DNA of 64,000 nucleotides from Octopus sinensis. Taxonomy: Eukaryota. Shown here in pieces: positions 54,877-64,000 of the stretch; the stretch's first letter is position 1; each line of letters opens with the position of its first letter. Both the position numbers and the translations under genes were made by a program. Below the pieces are notes generated by a model. That model was not told the DNA's origin and made no database searches. It saw only the letters and a list, made by a program, of their open reading frames with translations. The stretch spans positions 56,234,001 through 56,298,000 of the forward strand of contig NC_043004.1 of assembly GCF_006345805.1 (NCBI RefSeq), read 5' to 3'.

Positions 54877-55128
54877 AAAAAAGTTTTTTACATAATTGTC
54901 ACATTGAGTATTATGCATTCAAAAAGGTTTTTACATAATTGTCACATTGAGTATTATGCATTCAAAAAGGTTTTTACATAATTGTCACATTGAGTATTAT
55001 GCATTCAAAAAGGTTTTTACATAATTGTCACATTGAGTATTATGCATTCAAAAAGGTTTTTACATAATTGTCACATTGGATATTATGAATTCAAAAATGT
55101 TTTTTTATACATAATTGTCACATTACAT
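54877..55128 (+). repeat. 43-bp minisatellite, ~5.5 copies
   Basis: AAAAAGGTTTTTACATAATTGTCACATTGAGTATTATGCATTC starts at 54921, 54964, 55007 and 55050, with degenerate flanking copies. Confidence 0.9.
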
Positions 55129-55549
55129 GTATAGATATAGTGTTTGGTAACAGAGAAGTTCAATAGTGTGATGAGAATGTTTGGGAAAATTTGGCAGAAA
55201 AGGATAAAACAAATATATTATTGGGAATTGGTTGCGTTAATTATTGGTTGTCGCAAATTGTCACATTACATGTATATATATACAATCTTCGGTATATATA
55301 TACAGCCTTTTGACAGCAAAAATTAGAATGGCTTTTTTATACATCTCAGAATATTTTAAGTACAAGGCGAGAATATGTTTTTACTGACCTGTTGGGATTA
55401 GCAGAAAGGCTGAACTGAGAGAACAGAGGAAGTAGCCAATGTGGTGTATACTTCCCCTTTATGCATGAATGATTTTGGGGTTATCAGGAGGTTAGTATGC
55501 GGGTGTGAATAGATGTGTTCGTGCCCGCTGGTCAGATAGCGTCTGTTTG

Positions 55550-56394
55550 TCACACACATATATACACACCACACACACACACAACAACAACACACACACA
55601 CACACACACATAGTAAACAAACACACACCACATACAAACAACACACACACACAGAACACACACCCACACACAACGCACCCACATATATCACATATACACA
55701 CAGCACACAAATATAATATGTATCTATATATAACATACACAGATATATAACACACATACACACACAACACACACACACACACACACACACACAACACACA
55801 CACACACATACATACATAATATAAATATCACACAAATACACCTAGCATATATATACACACATACAATATACACATACAGCATGTAAGCAATATACATACA
55901 CAATATATGCATGCAATATACATACGCAGTACATACATATAATATATATATATACACAATGCATATACATATATACACATATACATATAATAGTGTTTAC
56001 ATACACTACATAGATGTACCACATATACCCACAATACACATACATACAACGCATACACATACACGTACGCATACATATAATGTATATATACACACACACA
56101 CACATAACATACATACAACAATGTATACATATATACACGCAATGCACATACCTGTATTCACGCATATATAGCACACCTACAATATACATATATACACTGC
56201 ACACATACACACACATATATACACTTAATTGTACACATACATATACAATACACATACATACAATATACATATACACAATGCGCATGCAAATAATGTACAT
56301 GTTTATACACACATAAACAAGCAAATAAATATACACACACACACATACACACATACACATATATATACACACATATATATATATATATATACAC

Positions 56395-56439
<45 letters not shown>

Positions 56440-56440
56440 T
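55550..56440. repeat. Long degenerate (CA)/(TA) low-complexity tract
   Basis: Seen directly. It accounts for the overlapping YI/CV/HT ORFs. Confidence 0.95.
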
Positions 56441-57281
56441 GGTCAATATTACAATCTCCCATACGTACGTCGCACGATACACCAAATGAAGTGCACTGAA
56501 GCGGATGTATTTATCGCCAAATTTTCTGACCCAATTAGACAATTATACATATAACCGTGAATCAGATAGAAACAACATTTTCAGTGAAAACCTATAGAAG
56601 TGCCAATCACTGATACACAACGTAAAGGAAATTATCTCGTAGTACGGCTTCCACTACGAAACTTAGTTCTAAGCACCCTAATACTCGTCAAGTGGGGTAA
56701 AAGAATGAGAATCTCTCTATGAAAACGTTGCTAGGATAAGTGTTTATAGCTACTCGTAATGTAAAAATATGGGAACAATTTTATATTCAACTTGATAAAA
56801 CCTTTTCATGTCAAAATGCATGTAATTGGCTTTCAAGGAGTGTATATGGTAATATACATTCTGTAATAAAACGCAAACATATACTTCATCTGTGGCATCG
56901 CAATGATTTTCAGTGAGCTTGTTTTTTTCTTCTTACATATTTTAGCCTAAAATACACCCCTAAAATGTTATCGCCTTATCACAAATGGAATTTAGCCTAA
57001 CGGTTGGTATCAATTTTTAAGTGTGTTTGTGTGCCTGGGTCAGAGTATGAGTGTGTATTATTATGTTTTTCCTTCCCTGTATTTATCATTAAAGATTTTA
57101 TGTTATAAGTATGTTACAGACGCAGGCATGGCTGAGCGTTTAATAAGTTAGGTAGAGACAGTTTTAGCTTCACGAATTGTATAACTCTGCCATAATCTTC
57201 TATGGAACATGAGTAAGAGGACGTAATCCATATATTATATGAACTAATTATCCATATCGGCTCATATCTACCTACGTATCT

Positions 57282-57614
57282 AGAGAGTTGCTTATTTGTA
57301 AAAAAAAAAAAATAACATGTGACTTCATTGACCGAGATTACCGTGGTCTTTTCCGTAGGCTTTTCTTTCCACGGGTAAACCTCACCTGTCCTCCCCTTTA
57401 CACTTTATATTGACATTTCTGTGATAACGATCCCTATTGATCGATTTTTTCCTTTTCCTTTAATTTCCTACCCCCCCCCCCTTTTTTGTCCTCTTTCTTT
57501 CCTTTTACGATCCTTTTTGATCGAAAACCAAACCCCCTTTTTTACCCCCCCCCCAAAAAAGCTCTTCCTTGTAATTTGTCCTGTGTGCAGCCCTGTGTGG
57601 CTAATAAAGAAACA
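57282..57614 (+). mobile_element. Non-autonomous element resembling a Tx1-like LINE 3' end (copy 2)
   Basis: Same 5' start (AGAGAGTTGCTTATTTG) and 3' end as 10431-10808, followed by (TATC)n. Confidence 0.6.
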
Positions 57615-57683
<69 letters not shown>

Positions 57684-58052
57684 CTCTCTCTGTCTGTCTA
57701 TCTGTCTATCACTCTATCTGTCTATCTATCAATGTATCTATCTGTCTATCTATTTAGCTAGCTAGCTATCTGTCTGCCTGTCAGTCTGCTTGTCTATCTT
57801 CTTGCCTGTCTTCTAGTCTCTTCTTATCTGTCTTCTTGTCAGCTTTCTTGTCTGTCTGAAAGTCTATCAATCTGTCTGTCTGCCTGCCTATATGACTGTC
57901 TGTCTGCCTGGTTTATTTGTCTGGTTTATGTATATATGTATGTATGTATGTATGTATGCATGTATGCATGTATGCATGCATGCATGTATGTATGTATGTA
58001 TGTATGCATGCATGTATGTATGTATGTATGTATCTATACGTCTATCAATCTG

Positions 58053-58122
<70 letters not shown>

Positions 58123-58128
58123 AATCTG

Positions 58129-58215
<87 letters not shown>

Positions 58216-58755
58216 GTCTGTCTGTCTATCTACACACACACTCACACATATATGTATGTTTATGTGTATGTATGTATGTTTGTTTGAACGTGCGTATCCA
58301 TCCGTATATGTATGTATTCGTGTGTGGTTGAGGCCTGTTTATCCTACTTTCGGGCCAACACATTGTTTTAGTGGTGTTTATTACAAACATCTGTTTTGCT
58401 TTGTTTAAGCTTTCCATTGTTTTCATCTTAATTTTCAGCCTTGACTACTATTAATCTTTTCATATAACATTTATCATTATATCACAATGAAAATTTATGT
58501 GGTTTGCTCTCATATATTTCTGAAGCAAAGCCGACCTTGATCTCAGGATTAACGGTGCCTCGTTTTGTTCTTCCATCTTTATTCTAATCACTCCTCATTC
58601 TCATTTTTATTTTGTTTCCTTCCTTGGATTTGACCATTTTCATTATAACTGCTATTCTTGCTCCCAAAATATATTAATATCTTATTTTAATTTTTTTTCT
58701 CCCTTATCAACTTCCTTCTCTTCTTTCTTCCCGTCTTCTCCCCTCCCTTCCACAT

Positions 58756-58834
<79 letters not shown>

Positions 58835-58884
58835 TTCATCATCATCATCATCCTCATCATCATCATCATCACCACCACCACCAA

Positions 58885-58929
<45 letters not shown>

Positions 58930-59024
58930 TATCGTCGTCGTCGTCATCATCATCACTTATTTTTGATACAGTTATTTTAAAGACAATCATTTTGTTTGCT
59001 AAGGAGGACTTTCCGATGCTTGGT

Positions 59025-59116
59025 CGAGTAGGAGGACGCCGCTACATGCATGGAAGCTGCGGGCGCGAGCCCAGCTGAAGCCGACCGCGGGTGCAGATCT
59101 CAGTGGTAGTAGCAAA
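59025..59116 (+). pseudogene. ~90-nt 28S rRNA-derived fragment
   Basis: GAGTAGGAGG...GGGCGCGAGCCC...CCGCGGGTGCAGATCTCAGTGGTAGTAGCAAA resembles the conserved LSU segment GGTGCAGATCTTGGTGGTAGTAGCAAA (recalled). Confidence 0.75.
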
Positions 59117-59124
59117 CTGCACCG

Positions 59125-59290
59125 AACAAAATGCCTTGCAATATTTCTTTCTATTCATTACGATCTGAGTTCGAATTCCTACGAAAATTTGCCTTTCATA
59201 CTTTCGTCGTTTATGAAATAAGAATTAAACACCGGGGTCGATCAGCCCCCTCCCGGAGCTTACCAGTCATGTGCCAAAATTTGAAATTAT
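59125..59290 (+). mobile_element. Diverged SINE family-B-related body and tail
   Basis: CAAAATGC...CTGAGTTCGAATTCC...TTTGCCTTTCAT...GGGGTCGAT...GTGCCAAAATTTGAAA. Confidence 0.7.
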
Positions 59291-59329
59291 CATCATCAAC
59301 ATCATCATCACCATCACCATTTCTTTGTA

Positions 59330-59395
<66 letters not shown>

Positions 59396-59429
59396 CATTA
59401 TAAATCTTCTTCTTCTTCTTCTTCTTCTA

Positions 59430-59480
<51 letters not shown>

Positions 59481-59483
<3 letters not shown>

Positions 59484-59556
59484 TAGTTTTATTTTTATAG
59501 CGTGCTTTCACTTCACTACCGAGCGCAGCTCTGTGTGCCTTGGGTATGTGCTGTGA

Positions 59557-59559
<3 letters not shown>
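59481..59559 (-). mobile_element. Extreme 3' end of the R4/Dong-like element
   Basis: Reverse complement of ~7622-7700, embedded in (TTA)n on both sides. Confidence 0.85.
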
Positions 59560-59603
<44 letters not shown>

Positions 59604-59829
59604 TTACTGCGGACATCTTTTATTATTATTATATTTACGTTGGACATCTTTTTTTGACCTGACTATTTAAGTCTCAGTTCAAATCTATTTAAGTCTCAGT
59701 TGCCTGTGTAGGTGTGTAATCTTTGTTGTATTTCGTCATTGGGCGAACTAGCAGAAACTGAAAAAGAACTTTTATTCCAATGCAAGTTCTCGATATCTGA
59801 CTGTCTACTGATGGCTAGATTCCTTCTAG

Positions 59830-61898
59830 GTACATAAACAATAGAGAGAGACCATCACCTATGATGTAGGGACTTTCGTGGTCAAGAGTCCCTGAAGGTG
59901 TTTCAAAGATTTCCCTAAAGATCCTCTTGCACACATAGAGGCGGGCGTCCTCTTTCGCCATACAGTAAGTGAACCTTTTCTTTACAGTCTCTGTAAGGCT
60001 ATCACAGTAGAAGTGTTAAGGTTTAATCAAGAAATAGCGATAGAAGTGTCAAAATAGGAGACCTAGTTCGGAAACTAGAAGGGATACTAGCAGAAACATC
60101 GCTCCTGAGTGATTCTTCAACTACAGTTACGAAGGTTGCATTGTCGGAGCTAGGGCACGTGTTGTAACGCACGAGTGGATGAAATTCGTTCGAGAGGCCC
60201 AGGTGGCAGAGGGGCAACATGGAAACAAATGCACAAGTCAGTTTCCGATGAGCTGTCCGGGCGTGTGCTATTTGAGTCGAAGCAGATGTGTTCGGCATTT
60301 CAACGGTACTTTTCTGCATTGAACGGCAGGCACGGCGTTTCCGAGACGTGGATGAATTTTACAACTAACCTCGATGGCCAGTCATAACTTCGGGCTGGGA
60401 ATGCGGAGTTCTGCAACATGTCATTAACATCCGACGACATACGTGACGATATGTTTGGTTGCATAAAGGAAAATTATCCGGGATTGGATGATCTGCTGAC
60501 AAGATCTTTGGGTAGCGGACAGACGGACCGGTTAAACTGTTCAGAGACTAGTTTGATCCTGACCTCCAGGTGGACAAGAACTGGAATGAGTTGTCGAGAA
60601 GGGCGGCCAGTCTCATCCAGAAATGGACCGAGAAGAAGCTGCACCCGAAAGATCGATGGGAGGTGGAAAATGCAGACGTCACCTCTATCGCATACTACTG
60701 CTTACCCGTCATCCTTGCTCTGCTTCATTACTGAACGGGCAGGAGCGATTGGCCTTATGCTTCCTGTGGGAAGGTTTCGATGGAGCGACGGTCCATCTAT
60801 TGTCAGCAGTCGTTGAGTGGAGGATTGGGCATGCTTTAGATAATGATGCGCAGACATGAGTTGAGGCTACCACAATCCAGCGATTCCTGATCACTGTTTG
60901 TCAAACAGGATTTTCCACAATTTCGTCTCATTGACGGGACTGCAATCTTTAATCACTCGTAGACCGTGTCGGGGCGTTTGGCACCTGGACTATAGCAAAG
61001 CACTCACCGTCGTCAACCAGTCGGGCAATATTGTTGGTGGCTATTCTACCTTGGAGTTCTATAAGGTATTAGTGTCGGGCAAGTGCGACAACGTCCTGTG
61101 GCAAACACTAGTCGTCGAAAGGGTCATTTGGTAGACCGTTTTTTGGAAGATTTACTGGATGGAACCAAGGGATAATTTCCAGAACTCCCTAGCCAGTCGG
61201 GCTACTGCGTTGCACTACCGGTTCCAGATAAGCTCTACAGACACAGAAGTGCTCTCGGGTGTGTTTTGTTTGGAGTTGCATGCGATGAAACTGTTCTGCA
61301 TTCACTTTTCCTGTGTCCGGGCATTATTAACTTGTGGAGTTTTCTCAATCAGCTCTTACCGCAAATAGGCCAAATCCGACTCACGGCTGAATCCATCATG
61401 AGAATCGCCCGATGACTTTCTACTGCCAGGAAGAGCAGGCAAATTGCCTCTGCATGGTGACTATGACCAAAGAGGCACTGTGGAATGATCTGAAGATATA
61501 TACTTTGGTCTTCAACCAAGCACCCATCGATTTTTTTTTCAAGTTTTATTTGAAAAAGAAAGAGAGTTTAGAGAGTTGTTGAAAGTGGTGAATGTGACAC
61601 GGATGGTCATCGTGAATACGCCTAATATGAGTATGCACCTATCGGCCGCAGGATAATGTGAGGAGTGGAATGCCAGCCAGAGTTTCCCTGTGTGATCGGG
61701 GTGTTCAGGACATGTGAGATTCCTTGGTTGCTCCGTGGTGGTACTCCTCACGTTTGGGAAGCTTTCTTAATCTTAATAATTTTATTGTTAATCATAATTA
61801 TTTTATTGTTTAGATAACTTTTTATGTAAACCTCGGCTGTCCTTTGTTTTCCATTGTCCATTTTGTTTGATGTGCAGTCGTTGTGGCTAATGAAGAAG
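59830..61898 (+). mobile_element. Decayed L1/Tx1-like LINE ORF2 plus 3' UTR
   Basis: Fragments DELSGRVLFESKQMCSAFQRYFSAL and LTSDDIRD..GCIKENYPGLDDL (SPGLDG-like). GC-richer than the flanks and ends at (ATT)n. The 5' boundary is approximate. Confidence 0.6.
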
Positions 61899-61900
61899 GA

Positions 61901-61936
<36 letters not shown>

Positions 61937-61975
61937 ATTATCATTATTATCATTATTATCATTATAATAATAATA

Positions 61976-62021
<46 letters not shown>

Positions 62022-63333
62022 TATTATTATTTTTTATTATTATTGTTATTATTATTATTATTGTTATTATTATTGTTATTATTATTACTATTATTTTTAT
62101 TATTATTATTATATTTTATTATTATTATTATTATTATTATCATCATTATTATCATTATTATTATTATTATTATATATATAATAATAATAATTATTATTAT
62201 TATTATTATTATTATTATAATAATAATTATTATTATTATTATTTTTATTATTACTATTCTACTTTTGCCAGTTCTTTAAAGATTCTGCGTTTTATCGTAT
62301 GTTTGTTTTTCTCGTTCTTCCTGTTTGTTTCCCTTCTTAATACCCTTCTTTTTATCCTCTTTCATATCGTATCAACGTTCGCTTACTCTTCTCCTTTTAA
62401 TATACATTCACCATCACCATCATCACCATCTTCTTCTTCTTCTTCTTCTTTCTTCTTCTTCTTCTTCTTCTTCTTCTTCTTCTTCTTCTTCTTCTTCGTC
62501 GTCGTCGTAGAAGTCCTTTATTAATTTCTTCAGTTTATTATTATTTTTTTATCCTACCTCCCGTTTTTATTTTCGTCATTTATAATTCCTATAAATTTCC
62601 AACAGTTGCTCTATGTTGTAGAGTTTGAAAACATAAACGAGCAATTACGTTCCTTAAACACAACTTCAAAGACAGATTCGACGTCAGTTTGGTTCCAAGG
62701 AACCTGCGTGTGCAGCTTCCTTCGTCTTTCACATATGTTATTACCAGTCAAAGATGGCGTGCGCACTATTCATTCTCATGTGTGTGTATGTGTGTAAGTG
62801 TGTTTGTGCGTGTGTATGTGTGTGTGTGTGTGTGTGTGTCTGTGTAAATTATGGAAACTAAAAATATTCCATTTTAGATGTTTGTTTCTTCTGGCTTAGT
62901 TACCTCTCTTATTAACTTCTATGATATTTAAGTAATAATAGAAAGAGATGAACACACATAAATTACATAATACCAGACAATAAAAATATCCTATGTTGCT
63001 TTCAAATGCCAGTATTATTTTCCTTTTTAATACGTTGGTAATTCTTTTCTTGCTTTATTCAAATACAACTTTTGTTTTTGTTCATATAATACATAAAACA
63101 GAAAAATAGTGTTTGGGAGAGTTAATAGGGCTTCATACAAACATTGCTTTCCCTCTTTGTATTATAAATTACTTGATTCGTTGAAAATGTAGTGAAACGA
63201 AATTTGGTGGAATATACGGAATATAATGACGTTTTATTCCCGAAATCTGAGCTTCATTTAGAAATTTTCTTGACCCTCACAAAGAGGATATAGGCTCTTC
63301 GTTTAAGTTAGCTAAGTGTTGTCTCTAAACCCC

Positions 63334-63568
63334 TTATTTCTTTACTGCCCACAAGAGGCTAAACATAGAGGGGACAAACAAGGACAGACAAAGGAATTAA
63401 GTCGATTACATCGACCCCAGTGCGTAACTGGTACTTAATTTATTGACCCCGAAAAGATGAAAGGCAAAGTCGACCTCGGCGGAATTTGAACTCAGAACGT
63501 AACGGCAGACGAAATACGGCTACGCATTTCGCCCGGCGTGCTGACGTTTCTGCTAGCTCGCCGCCTTA
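63334..63568 (-). mobile_element. SINE family B
   Basis: Full-length copy matching 14731-14960. Confidence 0.9.
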
Positions 63569-64000
63569 ATCCCCTTGTAGTTTGGAAACACCAATTAGCT
63601 GGTCCAAGAATTCAAAACAATGACATTTTGATTCAATATTAATTGATTTAATTGTGTGTTTTTCTATGACGAACCATCGCACAACCATGTCGTTTCTCTT
63701 AGCCACCAAGTATCAGAATTATCCTTTTTTCTTTTCTATGCTGTTTCTCGTCTTACAGTTTATATTCTTCCCCTAAACTTCCTCTGAATCTTGAAGATAT
63801 GAAACTATAAATATACTACATAAAATTGTTAGCTTTGAGTAAAGTTATTTTTCTGGCTGATTTACAAAATCCCCATCCTATAATCATTCAGTACATATTC
63901 GTTGTAAACATGATATTCTTTGTGCAAATAAAGTTGGCAGCTTTATCAAAAATTCCAATTCTTGTCAATAATAGAAAGGAATTTTGGATTATGGAAAATA

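Overview
AT-rich, microsatellite-dense eukaryotic DNA with no host protein-coding gene that I can support. The two abundant tRNA-headed SINE families and the density of (TA)n/(CA)n/(TATC)n/(AAT)n tracts suggest an Octopus (cephalopod) intron or intergenic region; this is an inference. Ordinary content: many SINEs, decayed LINEs (R4/Dong-like, RTE-like, Tx1-like), a Chapaev3-like DNA transposon, hAT and mariner MITEs, and non-autonomous Helitrons. Most listed ORFs are microsatellite artefacts. The standout is a family of hammerhead-ribozyme (HHR) bearing non-coding retroelements inserted in (TA)n tracts. The first member (36828-41279) is 8 near-identical ~493-bp tandem units plus one inverted full unit. 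Each unit carries a type I HHR motif. It sits beside a 95-bp perfect palindrome and between two almost identical inverted SINEs. The second member (53877-54428) is a diverged relative with a canonical type I HHR, the same asymmetric inverted architecture and compensatory base changes. A Penelope-like GIY-YIG endonuclease fragment and two degenerate HHR-like motifs also occur in the window. Together these point to a retrozyme / Penelope-like system that targets TA microsatellites. All alignments and folds were done by eye.
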